DNA of 64,000 nt from Selaginella moellendorffii. Taxonomy: Eukaryota; Plantae; Lycopodiophyta. Numbering within the stretch: the first letter of the stretch is position 1; every line of letters begins with the position of its first letter. This document shows positions 34,976-46,496 of this stretch, piece after piece. The position numbers and the translations under genes were made by a program. The notes below the pieces were generated by a model, which worked only from the letters and a program-made list of their open reading frames with translations, ran no database searches and was not told where the DNA came from. The stretch covers positions 854,091 to 918,090 of the forward strand of contig NW_003314279.1 in assembly GCF_000143415.4 (NCBI RefSeq). Reading direction: 5' to 3'.

Positions 34976-35284
34976 CTAGAAAATCCTGGGAAGGGACTCG
35001 ACTGGCCTGTTCTTGTTGATCCGGAGAAGCTCCGCCTTCTTCTTCTCCAGAGCGGCCTCCGTGCGATACTCCCACGCCACGAGCTCGTTGATGGCGTAGG
35101 CGCCGATCCCCATGAACAGGACGTGCTCCCATGGATCTGCGAGCACGAGAGAAAACTATCACCGCCTAGAATCGATCGCTCGCTAGGGCTTACGGCGCAT
35201 CAGTGGAAGCTTTCGCATGCCGTTGCAGTAGAGCTGAATCGCCAGGCCCAGCACGGCGCCCGCTACCGTCGGCGTCGACACCAT
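34976..35284 (-). CDS. NDUFC2: Mitochondrial complex I accessory subunit B14.5b/NDUFC2 (plant type), 2 exons, about 83 aa
   Basis: Exons 35284-35194 and 35136-34976 with a 57-nt GTAAG...GCAG intron give MVSTPTVAGAVLGLAIQLYCNGMRKLPLMRHPWEHVLFMGIGAYAINELVAWE..., matching the plant RKLPxMRHPWEH signature. Telo-box AAACCCTAA at 35315. Not in the ORF track. Confidence 0.88.
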
Positions 35285-36044
35285 AGCTCCGCTCCAATTT
35301 CGCCCTAGCTCGATAAACCCTAACTCTGTAAATTTCTTTGGTAAAAAGGTTTAACGTAGTAGTATAGGATAAATACGCGAAGAAGAAAGGGGGCATGTGC
35401 TTTCGAACTAACGACTGACAACTATACAGAGTACGTACGTATAAAGTGACAAGCTACACGTTCGTGGCTCACGAGCCATGACCCCAAAGTACCACAAGCA
35501 TTCTTTACTACTTAGCGATCACCGTGAATGATACTTTTATTCCTCCCCCCTTCCTTTGCCTTTGATCTTTCCATGTGATCAAACGTTTTGATTGACAGGC
35601 GGGAATGAACTGTAAACACCACGCATCGGGTAAATTATTTTTAATGGCGGCCTCCCCATGGAGCGGAGATAACGAGATTCGTTGAAAACTACCAAGGTGG
35701 TAAGAAAAATATTCCCGTTCAAACCATGGGGATTGCTAGATTGTGTGTGATTGAGCGGGCCATGTGACCCAAAACCATATAAATATACAAGTAAATGCGC
35801 ATAGAATGTGGGCATACGTCCGTGGACGGTGGGATTGCCGTTGGATCGGTGCGTGCCGGAGTTGCGTCGCACGTGGCACGATCGCCGTCCCAGATATGGC
35901 TAGTTTAACGGTAGGCGCTTAAGCTTGGTTAAGCCCTACTGTCCTCTTCTTTGTCCCCTTTCTCTATTCTCTCAGAGCTTTGTTTGTCCAGATGATCGGC
36001 GCCTTCCTCGGATCGCCTCCTCCACCTCCACTCTCGTGTAGATT

Positions 36045-37720
36045 ATGCGACGAGCGATGCCACAGATGGGGGAGATGACGATGGCGAGGTCGGATCGAGC
36101 GGGGCAGCACAGCGCCGAGCAGAAATCTTCATCGATCAAGAATCATGCGGCGGCAGCGGCGGCGGCAGGGGCGCTATCACCGCCGATGATGAGCAAGGCG
36201 CAGGTTGTGTATTACCTCTGTCGCGGCGGCAAGATCGAGCCGCCACACATGATCGAGGTGCCGCATTCGCACGACGGCCTTCGCCTTCGAGGTAATCGCT
36301 CTTGTTTCGTGGAAATCTTTGGCAGGAACCAGAGAAATCTCCCATGATTCCCTCGGTATCTGACTTGATTCGTGATGTTTCAGATGTGAAGCACCGGTTG
36401 ACGATATTGCGCGGCGGCGGCATGCCAAACATGTTCTCCTGGTCGTGTAAGAGGTATCGAGAAATCAATGTATGTGAATACATCCGCTCATGATTCTTGT
36501 GTGCTGTTCTTCTGGCCAGGATGTACAAGAGCACTTACATATGGCAGGATGTTTGCGACGATGACTCCTTGACTCCAGCATCGGGAGGAGAATACGTTCT
36601 CAAGGGATCCGAATATTTCATGGAAAGCAACAACAACCAAGGTCCATCACCGAAATCTCTCCCTTGTCTCCACTTTCTTCGTGGATCTTACTGTTTTATT
36701 GTCGTTTTGGCGGTCACAGAAAAGCCACTGAAATTCGGAACCGGCCAGGAAGTTCTCCAGAGAAAATTCCGAGGGGCCGAGACATGGCTCAAGGCCTCGT
36801 CGGGTTCATTGAGCCCAAAGGAGTATGCTGCCGCTGGAAGCATCCCAGAGAAAATGCCGGAGAATTGCAGCAGCGTGAGCGTCCAAGCAGTGACCAGCCA
36901 GCTGGGGAGTCTCGGTTTGGATCATCATAATGGAAAACGCCACGCCCCCGAGGCATCCTCCGGCTCGGACGAGTGTAGCAGCACAAAAAGAGCAAATGGC
37001 GGTGGTGGTTTCTCACACGAAGACTCCGGAATGCACGACATCAAGGTGTGTGAGGTCTCAAGGCCGCATACCGGGGCACCGTCCATCGACCATGCTTGCA
37101 CCGTCGCCACACAGACGGAGGAGAATAGCTACGTTTACTGCCCACCCGACTATAAGTCGTCGGGGAGCTCCACTCCGACGTGCTTTGGGAACGAGAGACG
37201 GCATCCCGAGCAACTCGTTCCCAGCGTTACTCCGGTTGGCAAAGGTCCCTCCAAGCACGAGGGTGGGAAATTGAAGAGACGGTTTGGAAGGCAGCAGGCC
37301 GAGGGGAAAGGGGCCAGTCCCAAAGTCAAGATGAAGCACAGCGCGGCGTCTTGCGTGTTCCTCCACATCCTCTCCTACTGCGGAGGGGTGGACACCAAGA
37401 TGCAGAGCAGGGCTCCCACGGAGATCACGTCCTCTGAGTACTCATTTGACGGTGGTATATGCAGGGCCGAGAACAAGATGGTGATGACGAGCCAGAACAG
37501 GTCCCCGCAGCAGTACTCGATGGAGCTCCATGGGGGTCACCACCACCACCATCATCAGCTCCCATACCAAGGGATGGACAACAACAGGAGCGGTCCTTTG
37601 ATCCCCTACAGCTCGGAGTACTTTGACGTCAAGGAAACAGTGAGCCCGCTCCAATCATCGCCGCTCCAGGCGAAGTCATCGAAAGCCGCCAGCAGGTGCT
37701 CTTCTTTTTCTAGCAAGTAG
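36045..37720 (+). CDS. SOK: SOSEKI polarity protein (N-terminal DIX-like/DUF966 domain); further 3' exons likely
   Basis: Spliced exons 36045-36291, 36384-36453, 36520-36641 and 36720 onward give VVYYLCRGGKIEPPHMIEV, GLRLRDVKHRL, RGGGMPNMFSWSCKR and YIWQDV..GEYVLKGSE; CG motif LSYCGG. The 3' end is uncertain. Confidence 0.88.
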
Positions 37721-38201
37721 CACAGCATTCTTTTTTTCTTGTAATGGAGTTCACTAACATTTGACAAGTTTGTTGTTTGAGCTAAAGGTCCACCTAGAAG
37801 AGAGCTGCTGCTCGCGACGACTCGGTCCTTCGTATGGGGGATTGATCGGTGTGCACATGCTTGATTGTTTACGAGTTGCAAGGCGGGCATTCTTTGGCAT
37901 TGTCTCGGTTTGTTTTTTAAGTGGGGCGTTGGGTGAGTGAGAGGGTGGAGGCTGGCTGATTTTTTTCTCTTCTTCTTGTGAGACGCAATTGCTGCCTCGC
38001 TGCTGCTGCTACTGCTGTGCTTGTGTTCAGTGTGTTAGCTGGCTGGGATTTTGGCTGGAGTGGGCTTGGTTTGGTTGGTGTCTGCTGGACCCGTGTTTGG
38101 CTTCTGCAGCGTGACAGACAGGGATTTGTGCATGGCTGCTTGCTCTGCTTCCTCTTTTGCTGATTGCCTGAAAAGCATAAAATACTGTCTGATATTTCCA
38201 G

Positions 38202-39395
38202 ATTTCAGCAACTCGGATGAAGACGTGGTGGTGCTCCAAGAGGAAGCAACAGATGAAGAGAGTGGTGGCGAAGGCGATCCCAAGGCGGATGTGGAGAAGG
38301 AGCCTTGTGCTCGTCGTCGTCGTCCTCGTGCTGCTGCTGGAAGTGCTGCTGGTGGCGACCTTTTGCGAAGTGGTGGTGGTGCAGAGGTTGAGAAGGAATG
38401 GCTGTGGTCAAGATGTAGCAGTGCTGGGTACGACCGAGGTGCACCACAAGTGACAGCAGCAGCAGCAGAAAATCTACGTCCTTGGAACAGGAACCTAAGG
38501 CTTTCCAAGAGGAGATTCTTCCGACACTGGTGGCAAGTAAGTAGCTTCTCCTTTTACTCTGTGCCTTTCTTTACTCTTCATCTTTTATGGTGCTTTCCTG
38601 CCTTCTCGCTTTTGGAGTGACTGCGTCTGGCTGTGGTGCTGTGTGTGGGGAGAGGGAGAATTACTAGTTGCTCTCTGGAGCAGGGAGAAGAATTTTTGGG
38701 TTGTAGGAGTGGTCACTTTCTGGTGTGTCTTTTATTGCTTGTTTATATATCTTTGCACAGCACAGCGGCCATGCTCGTTCTAGATGGTGTTTCCATGCTC
38801 TGTGCATTGCTTTCTCTCTGCTGGGTCCAGGTCGCCAGTGAATGAGTGAATGAATGAGTGAGCCCCCTCCCTGGTGTGCTGGTGCTGTTAAGTTAATGCA
38901 TTGTGTCCCAGGTCCTGGTAGCCTGCCTGCTTGCCTGCTAAAAGGACCTATTCTTTGAAAAACTTTGGTTGACAATCAAAGTTTCAGGTTGCTCTAAAAA
39001 TGGTTTTAAGTACCATGAGTAGGGGAGTTTGACTATAGCTGTGCCTGTACTACATGCTGATGATGCTATGCTTCCTCCCAACAAGTCAAGTCTTCTCTCA
39101 TTCCAGTCACTGCTTTTCTTAATCGTAGCTGGGACGCTAGATCATGAGCCATAGAAGTCCTTTCTTTTTGAGAAGGTCACCCCATTTAAGCATTTTCTTA
39201 TCTTGTGTGCCTCGCCTGTGGCAGGCGATGTTTGAGAGTGTTCAGGCCAAGGCTGTGCTGACCAGAACACGGACATGGCCACGGGACAAGCAACGAAAGC
39301 AGCAGCAGCAGCAGCAGCGGCAGATAAGTGGTACTAGTAAACATTTCTGGGCTGGGAAATGGAGAAGATCACGGACTCGCGCTCTTGGCTGCTAG
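38202..39395 (+). CDS. Probable terminal exons (38202-38536 and ~39225-39395), possibly of the SOSEKI gene
   Basis: Open frames bounded by TTCCAG| and |GTAAGT, then GGCAG| to a TAG. Linkage to the upstream exons could not be resolved. Confidence 0.4.
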
Positions 39396-39711
39396 CTTTC
39401 GCCCGGCAGGCCCGCGGTTGATCTCTGACAGTACCACGTACTTCTTTGTTTATCATGTTATATAAGACTCATGGTTGTGTTGTGTGCACTATCACGAACT
39501 CCATCGTAGATTCTTTGGCTTGTGCCGTTGGAAGCCGTTTTTGACAAACGATTGCTTCGCCATTAACGATGATAAGAGCTTTATTAGTACTCATACATGA
39601 CAGTTTACGCAGTGAGCAGTCGGACAATCTTTTTATTTGCCGTTTGCAGCAAATGCCCCTAAAGGGCAAGTTTAACCGGACAGTGCAGGCAGAAATAAGC
39701 CTAGCCACTTC

Positions 39712-40745
39712 CAAAGCTCCGAGGCCGTGTGTGTACCGAGATCCGGGTTTGCATAGAGCAGAGACGGAGGCAAGCACTATGCAATGGCTCCGCGTGCTCT
39801 ATGCTCGCGCTCTCGCGCCTCGGCCGCGTTCCACATCGGGGCATTTTCTCCGTCCATCACATCCCACAGCCCAAGAAACATGAGCCACGCTCTGACGCGT
39901 CTCTCAAACAGGTTGTGGTCTCACATCGAAGGTGGGCTGCTGCACTCCGCAAAGATTATCTACAAAACAGTCCTGGAAGTAAAGAACAATTTATCTTGGT
40001 AAATCCAATGAATCAAGCACAGGGGATTTCGAGATTCACAGGGTCTGTATTTAAAGCGGACGCTCTCGAAGAAATCTCTTTCGTTTCATCTTCTCGTACG
40101 TCTTTGTCTATCATGTTCCATAAGGCTCAGTATCACGATCTTAATAGCTCAAAACTCCGTCGAGGATTCCTTGGCTTGTGCTGTTGGACGCTACGGTTTG
40201 CAATCAAGAGCAGAAAATCACGCCACAGAATCCTTGTCTTTTCCGGTTACAGCAAATGCCTCCAAATGGCAAGATTGCATCTGTCCGTCGTCTTTCAACT
40301 CAAATCCAAAGCCGGAAATCTCTCGAAGAAGTCTCGTTCGTTTCGCCACGGTTTTATATCAAGACTCGTGGTTGTGACCAATTCTTGTCTTTGTGATTTA
40401 AAAATCACAATTTTTCAACTCGAGCTCGAACAATTTTTGGACATAATCCTCCAGTTCTAGGTTTTGAATATTCCAAAGCTCCGAGGCAGTGCATTTTACC
40501 GAGATCTGAAAGAGCTGAGACGGAGACAAGCACAATGCAATGGCTTCTGCTCGCGGAAACTCCTTGGAGGCGTTTCTCAAAGTCATCGTAGTCTCCTCCA
40601 TTGCAAATAGGCTGTTTCACTCCACAAAGTTGATCTAAACAGCCACATATCAATCAGGAGGGTTTTTCCTTTGTTACATATGCCCTATTTTATACATGTT
40701 TATATTTTTAAAGCGAACGCTCTCGAAGAAATCTCTTTCGTTTCG
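39712..40745. repeat. Diverged local duplication of the PsbY 3' flank
   Basis: CAAAGCTCCGAGGC...ACCGAGATC...AGACGGAG.CAAGCAC.ATGCAATGGCT at ~39712 and ~40474; CTCTCGAAGAA.TCTC.TTCGTTTC at ~40062, ~40319 and ~40720. Confidence 0.75.
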
Positions 40746-40755
40746 CCTCGATCGA

Positions 40756-41577
40756 TCACTTGGATTTCATGTTGTTGAGCTGGTTCAGTGCCGGCTTCAA
40801 GATGTTGAAGAGCACCCATCCAATCGCGGGAAGAATCACCAGCAGCAGCAGCAGTCCCCGGTTGTCGCTCTCGGCGATGCTCGCGATCTCCTGCGCCGCC
40901 GCGGCCTCCGTCTCGGGCGCGCCACCCAGCCCCGCCGCCGCCGCCGCCGCTCCAATGCCAATCGCCCCGATCACCCCCTTGGACGCCTTCATCCGATCGA
41001 ACTGATTCAATGCCGGCCGGAGGATGTTGTAGAGCACCCATCCGATCGCTGGGACGAGAACGCCCAGCACGGCCAGGCCCCGGGAATCGCTCTCCGCGAG
41101 CTCGGCGATCTCCCTGGCGGCGGCGGCGGCGGCGTGAGGCGGAGTGGAAGCTGCTAGTGCTGCCATGGCGCCCAGGCCGCCCAATCCAATCGCCACCCCC
41201 TTGGCGTTCTTCATCCTCTCGAATTGGTTGAGCCCCGGGCGGAGGATGTTGAAGAGCACCCATCCCACCGCCGGGACGAGAGGGACGAGCAGCGCCAATC
41301 CCCTGGAATCGCTGTCCGCCCCGGCCGCGAGCTCCGCCACCGCTTGCTGTGCCGCGCTCGCGGACTCTACGCTGGCCAGCGCCGCGAACACCGCCCCCGC
41401 GAGCGCATTGTAGCCAATTCCACTCTCCAGCTCCTCCTTGGCGAGCTTGGACGAGATTATGGCTGTGGTGTGGAGAGCCGCGCGCGCGTGCTGTGGACGA
41501 ATCCGGAGGCCTGATCCGAGGAATTGTCTCTGGAGCACTGCGGTGGAGGTGCCAGTCACGGCGGTCGCCATTGCCAT
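40756..41577 (-). CDS. psbY: Photosystem II PsbY polyprotein precursor with three PsbY units
   Basis: Transit peptide followed by three D(S/N)RGL...PAxGWVL(F/Y)NILxPxLNQ units, each preceded by a hydrophobic signal peptide ending in an AxA-type site. Confidence 0.95.
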   Translation of the reverse strand: MAMATAVTGTSTAVLQRQFLGSGLRIRPQHARAALHTTAIISSKLAKEELESGIGYNALAGAVFAALASVESASAAQQAVAELAAGADSDSRGLALLVPLVPAVGWVLFNILRPGLNQFERMKNAKGVAIGLGGLGAMAALAASTPPHAAAAAAREIAELAESDSRGLAVLGVLVPAIGWVLYNILRPALNQFDRMKASKGVIGAIGIGAAAAAAGLGGAPETEAAAAQEIASIAESDNRGLLLLLVILPAIGWVLFNILKPALNQLNNMKSK

Positions 41578-41921
41578 AGATTCTGGAGCACACGCACAGC
41601 GTCAGTGGATGAAATGTCGCCAAGAACACCTAGATTACGAGCTCTAGAGCCACAATCTAGCATACATTGCGATCCAGAGGCAAGGATTTCGAGCCACAGA
41701 CCTTTGATCCAACCCTCGCCGCTGCCTCGAGCGCCTTGATCTTCCTCCTCTCGAATGGATGACGCAAAGGCTTCCAACCAATCGAAAATGTACACGTGGC
41801 TTGTGCGTATCCTTGTTCCTTGGGATATTCTCCTTGCTAGGGTTTTGGTGGCTAGGGTTAGGGTTCTTGGAGAAGCTACTACTGCGGCGCGCGCGCTCTC
41901 GCTGATCTTGCAAGAGCAAGC
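41578..41921. promoter_or_regulatory. Divergent PsbY/RPS17 promoter with G-box and telo-boxes
   Basis: CCAAT near 41778; ACACGTGGC 41792-41800; TAGGGTTT 41838; TAGGGTTAGGGTT 41853-41865. Confidence 0.6.
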
Positions 41922-42604
41922 ATGGTGAGTGTCTGGTTGCTGGGAGATTTGTGGCGTGACTGTGCGAAATCTCTGTCCAGGGGCGCGTTAGAACCAAGAC
42001 TGTGAAGAAGGCATCGAGGGTCATCATCGAGAGGTACTACTCTCGGATGACCCTGGATTTCCAGACCAACAAGAAGATCGCCGAGGAAGTAGCGATCATC
42101 CCGTCCAAGCGCCTGCGCAACAAGATCGCTGGATTCGCCACTGTAAGAAATCCTCACAAAGATCTAAAGCTTCTTATCGTTTCTTCTCTTGCTTGCTTCG
42201 CAGCATTTGATGAGGAGGATCCAAAAGGGGCCAGTGCGCGGCATCTCGCTCAAGCTCCAGGAGGAGGAGCGCGAGCGCCGTATGGATTTCGTGCCCGAGG
42301 AGTCGGAAATCAAGACCGACGTGATCGAGGTATAAGGTTGCATTTCCATCGATTCTAGCTTCTAACTCTCCTCTCTCTCAGGTTGACAAGGAGACGCAAG
42401 ATCTTCTCCACTCTCTGGGCATGGGAACGCTCCCTGGAGTTGTCCAAGTAAGCTTTTCCTTCGATCTCTTCGTTTTTTCTTCGATCTTTTGGTTTTCTCA
42501 AACGATCGATTCATTCGTAGGCTGCCACCACCGGCGGCGCGGGCGCTACCGCCGCTCCGGGAGGATTCTACTACCAACAGAACCAGGGAAACAAGCGAGC
42601 TTGA
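41922..42604 (+). CDS. RPS17: 40S ribosomal protein S17 (eS17), 5 exons, 146 aa
   Basis: Exons 41922-41924, 41981-42142, 42204-42329, 42382-42447 and 42521-42604, all GT-AG; [21 protein letters not shown]...[10 protein letters not shown]...[18 protein letters not shown]. Confidence 0.97.
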
Positions 42605-42701
42605 AAATCTCATGTAAAACCTCGCAAGAAAGAATTTTGGGGACTCCATTTTCGAGTGTTCGCAGCTTGGGGTTTATCTAGGGCTTTAGGAATCATCCAC
42701 C

Positions 42702-43136
42702 ATGGCGGCCATGGCGATCGCGCCCACGACCGCGATGGCCAAGGGCGGCCCCTCCACATTCGCGGCGCCCAAGAGGAAGCTGAGCGCCAAGGAGCTCTCC
42801 CGGACCATCTTCCGCCGCAAGCCCATGGAGCAGATCTACGCGATTCGGGTGGAGCGCGGCGCGAGCGAGCGGCGGCTCGAGGAGCTGGGCGTGGCGGATT
42901 GGTCGCGCTGGAAATCGGGCGAGTGCGGCTATCTCTGGGATTGGATCGTGGACGAGTGGGTCTACATTGTGAGCGGCAGCCTGCTCGTCCGCCCCGTCAA
43001 TAGCGATCTCAGCGGCGAGTACTTCGCGGGCGATCTGGTGAGGTTTCCCAAGTGGTTTGACGCGCAGCTCTTCTTCCGGGGGGATTACGAGCAGCGCTAC
43101 CGGTTCGTGGCTTATGGCGACAACGAGCTGGACTGA
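42702..43136 (+). CDS. RmlC-like cupin (Cupin_3/DUF861) protein, probably plastid-targeted
   Basis: LEELGVADWSRW, EWVYIVSG and AGDLVRFPKW; Ala/Lys/Arg-rich N-terminus. Confidence 0.8.
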   Translation: MAAMAIAPTTAMAKGGPSTFAAPKRKLSAKELSRTIFRRKPMEQIYAIRVERGASERRLEELGVADWSRWKSGECGYLWDWIVDEWVYIVSGSLLVRPVNSDLSGEYFAGDLVRFPKWFDAQLFFRGDYEQRYRFVAYGDNELD

Positions 43137-43386
43137 CGGATATTCGCTGGAATCTTTCAAGAGCCCTAATCTTAACTCCCGCCGTCTAGTGTTTTAAGTT
43201 TAAAAAAGTGTTGCTCTAATTTCCAGTGAAGTCAAAGAAGCTTTTCTTGTCTACTATGTACGCAAGGAATGCTCCACTGTAGCTCAGACAGCGATACATC
43301 AACAACGCTGGCCCTCTCTCTCTCACTCTCTCTCTCTCTGTGTCTCTGTGGCTTTTCTTGGATCCAGAAACAGCGAAAGGTCTGCT

Positions 43387-44232
43387 ATGCGCAGCGAGCA
43401 GCATCCAAACGACAGAGCTTCTTACTTGGTTCTCGTGCTGGGATTGATGCTCTGGACCCAAGTAAGTCCCGTGAAGTCGAAGTCTCACGCTCCGGAGCTC
43501 GAGGTTCTGAATGAGGCCGGGAGCAGTCGCGGGAACCGGAGCTTTGTCGAGAACATGGGCGATGCCGGGGCCAAGAGTGTGCTCAAGCAGGCACTGAGAT
43601 TCACCACCAGACTGCTCCAAGTGAGCTCCTCGGGCAGGAGAAAGATTGTTCTGGTTATTAGCACGCTGCCCGTGGGGGAGACTGCGAGCACCACCACCAT
43701 CGACAACATGTCAGTCATTGAGATCAGCCAGCAGCACCTGGGGGAGTTTCAGGGAGACGTTACCCGAGAGATCGAGGGGCTCATCTACGAGCAGATGACC
43801 AATGCTTGGATCAACGGTATTGGTGCCGCTCCTCCGGGACTCTTGACGGGCATCGCAAAGTTCGTGCGCCTGAAAGCCGGCCTCCCACCGGACAACCAGT
43901 TCGAGCCGGATGAGTTCGTGACCGGCACCAAAGGCCCCTGGGACGTTGGCTCGTATGCCACGGCACACTTCCTCGTGTACCTGGAAGACTCGTTTCAGTC
44001 CGACTTCGTAGCTTTGATCAACAGGAAAATGGCAGACGGGTGGAATGAGAGCTTTACCTGGCAAATACTTGGCTTGAGCGTTGAGAAGTTGTGGCATGAA
44101 TGGTCCATGGCTCCACATCCTTCTCCTGTAGATTCCTTCGTCATCGGAGGTGTACTCTCCACTGCCGTGGTTGCGAATGTTTCTAGTATCTGTCTTCTTG
44201 TTTTGTTTAACTTGGAACTTTCAGATAGATAG
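43387..44232 (+). CDS. Plant basic secretory protein (BSP)-like, with degenerate metal-binding motif
   Basis: Hydrophobic signal; GLIYEQMTNAW, APPGLLTGIAKFVRLKAG, WDVGSYATAHFLVYLE, FVALINRKM..GW and LGLSVEKLW resemble the BSP family. Confidence 0.78.
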   Translation: MRSEQHPNDRASYLVLVLGLMLWTQVSPVKSKSHAPELEVLNEAGSSRGNRSFVENMGDAGAKSVLKQALRFTTRLLQVSSSGRRKIVLVISTLPVGETASTTTIDNMSVIEISQQHLGEFQGDVTREIEGLIYEQMTNAWINGIGAAPPGLLTGIAKFVRLKAGLPPDNQFEPDEFVTGTKGPWDVGSYATAHFLVYLEDSFQSDFVALINRKMADGWNESFTWQILGLSVEKLWHEWSMAPHPSPVDSFVIGGVLSTAVVANVSSICLLVLFNLELSDR

Positions 44233-44394
44233 ACCCTGTCTGTAAATGTTGTTCAAGACCCCAGAGAGGATGTAAGTAAGAGAAAGAGCTTCGAAAGAAG
44301 ATACCGTTCCATAACTCGGCTCACATTTCCAGTCCTGATCTCTATCTATATCCCCTACAAAACTTAATAGCTCGGTAGGATAGCACCAAGACTC

Positions 44395-46496
44395 TCAAAA
44401 ACTCCCACCTATGAAATTCTTAGTCATGTAAAAACTTTGTAGAAGGCTCACGAGATGCTCCTTCACCGACTCAGGGAGTTGACGGCGCAGCTCTTCACGC
44501 ATTTTGTCCCTGCACGTACCAAAAGTTAGCACTGTTTTGTTACTATCAATAGTTTTGCTCACCTTGCCTCGGGGTCATCTCTGCGGCATCGCTTTGTGGA
44601 CCGTCTAACCTCATCACACCAGCCCGACTGTTTCAAAATTTCCCGGCCTTCATTCTCCAGCCTAAGAGCAAACAAACGTGGGAGTCAGAAAAGAAGCACG
44701 TTTCATAGTTACCTTAGTTTTAGCGCTTCGAAATCTGCGGAGGCCTTAAAATCGTGCAAACGAGCTTCAATGTCCCTTTGTCTTTTCTGTGGCACGGAAA
44801 CTTTGGAACCTGCCGACTCGCTTGCACGTGCTGCATCATTTTCCCTTGGCGGTGATGGAGGGACTGCCGGTTGGATCTCCTCGCTAACACCGTTTTCGGA
44901 TGACTTGGTGTCCTTAGCTTGTGCCGACTTTACAGAGTTTTCGAGAGGAGTTGACTTTGAAGCTGACATTGTGGCCGACGATATCGCCGCAGGCGGCTTG
45001 CTCTCCGGCTTGTCTACAGGAGTTTTGGGGTCAATCAGCTTCAATACTTCCTCTGCTACGGATATCGGCTTGAGGGCAGTAGACTTCTCTCGCTTCGCAA
45101 ATGAAAATGTAACTTTCGGCTGGCCATTCTTCGCCGATGAGCAAGAAGCATTGGGGCTGAGCACGACGGGATCAGGCGTTGGAGGTGGTGAAGGCGTAGA
45201 GGAGGCGGAAGAAAGACCGTCTTTCATAATTTTGGAAGAATCCCGGACGTAGAAAAGTATATAGACTCTCTCCGACAATACAGTCGCGCTGGAGGCGGCT
45301 GAAACGAAAGAATCGTTACAGCAATACCATTGTCCTCGAGGGTCCTGGAAAGCGTATAAGTAAGAAAACACTACTTTATGACGTAGGAAAACACAAATAC
45401 CTTGACATAAGCATAATAATGCCCACCATATTGCGAGAATCCAGAATGGACTACTACAGCATACAGAGAATAATCGGGATGCACATCCTGGAAAGAACTA
45501 TATCACGATAAATTATTAGAATTCAAAGAGCTTACCGGACTATTTTTTGACATGTGGCTTCGAAGCTTCAGCTCTTCTTCAAACTCTACGTGGGTATCAA
45601 TTTTGCCGCCCAGAAAATTCTCAAACCTCTGAAGAAGCAAGCGTTAGCATTTGGTAGAGAAATGGTTGCTGGGACAATACCTTCAACTGGATGACGAGAA
45701 CATTAGGAGACTGATATATCGACAGCTGCTTCCTTGCGACTGAAAGCTTTTTACACCTGGAACGAAAAAGTAAGAGACGCTGAGGAAAATCATAATGTAA
45801 GAAAAATACTCACTTCTCACACTGATATTTATTGTTGCCGTCCAAAACCTCCGGCTGGAAGAAATTGCAGATGGCTTCCTTCAAGGTCTTAGTTCGTACG
45901 ATGTCCAGGCTGAGGTCCATGACGCTGTCCAGCTTGCTAGACACTGCGTTGCACGACAAACACCAGATTTGGCTCTGCAAAAATCCTCCAAAAATCTCCT
46001 TCATCACGGTCTGGTCGGAGCTCTTCGAACCGCGTTTCTGGAGCCGCGCACAGGCGCTGTCGCATGCATCTATGGCGTATCTCAAAAGCTCGTGAGCGTC
46101 TTCCTGCCGTCCAGCCCGAAAATGTTTCGCAAACGTCTGGAGGTATTTGTATATCCGTTGCGGGGCATCGACCGGCACCTCAATATCGAACGACCGAGAA
46201 ATCCTGTTCTCCAACATGCAAAACGGGCAGGCAGAGTTGGCTCCATCACCTACAAGAAGAGAAAAAAGAAAGAATCGATGAGAAAGAAAGGGCAAGTTAC
46301 CACCCAGAGTCAAAAACTCACATTGCTTGGAATGTTGGCCCCGGAGGCAATAGTTCGCGAGCGGCGGAGTGTAAGTCAGGCACTGAAGTACGCTGTTCAA
46401 GTAGCAAGTGTTGCCGAGATTCTTAAACCCGAGCGGCTTGCACTTGCGCTTGTGATTTCCCTGCCAGCTGATGTCCAGTGACGGAATGACAGCCAT
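44395..46496 (-). CDS. UBP25: Ubiquitin-specific protease (C19), UBP25-like, multi-exon
   Basis: Cys box GFKNLGNTCYLNSVLQCL; QEDAHE; His box VVHSG...GHYYAYVK; WYCCND; short N-terminus and SGWCDEV C-terminal motif; GT-AG micro-introns. Confidence 0.88.

Noticed and set aside
33506-35019. Long overlapping antisense or alternate-frame ORFs over the PPR gene (likewise over PsbY, riboflavin synthase and MTPSL)
   Set aside because: Shadow ORFs expected from GC-rich coding sequence; no recognisable domains.
39729-40460. 243-aa ORF between SOSEKI and PsbY
   Set aside because: Non-ATG start, no recognisable domain, and it lies in duplicated 3' flank sequence.
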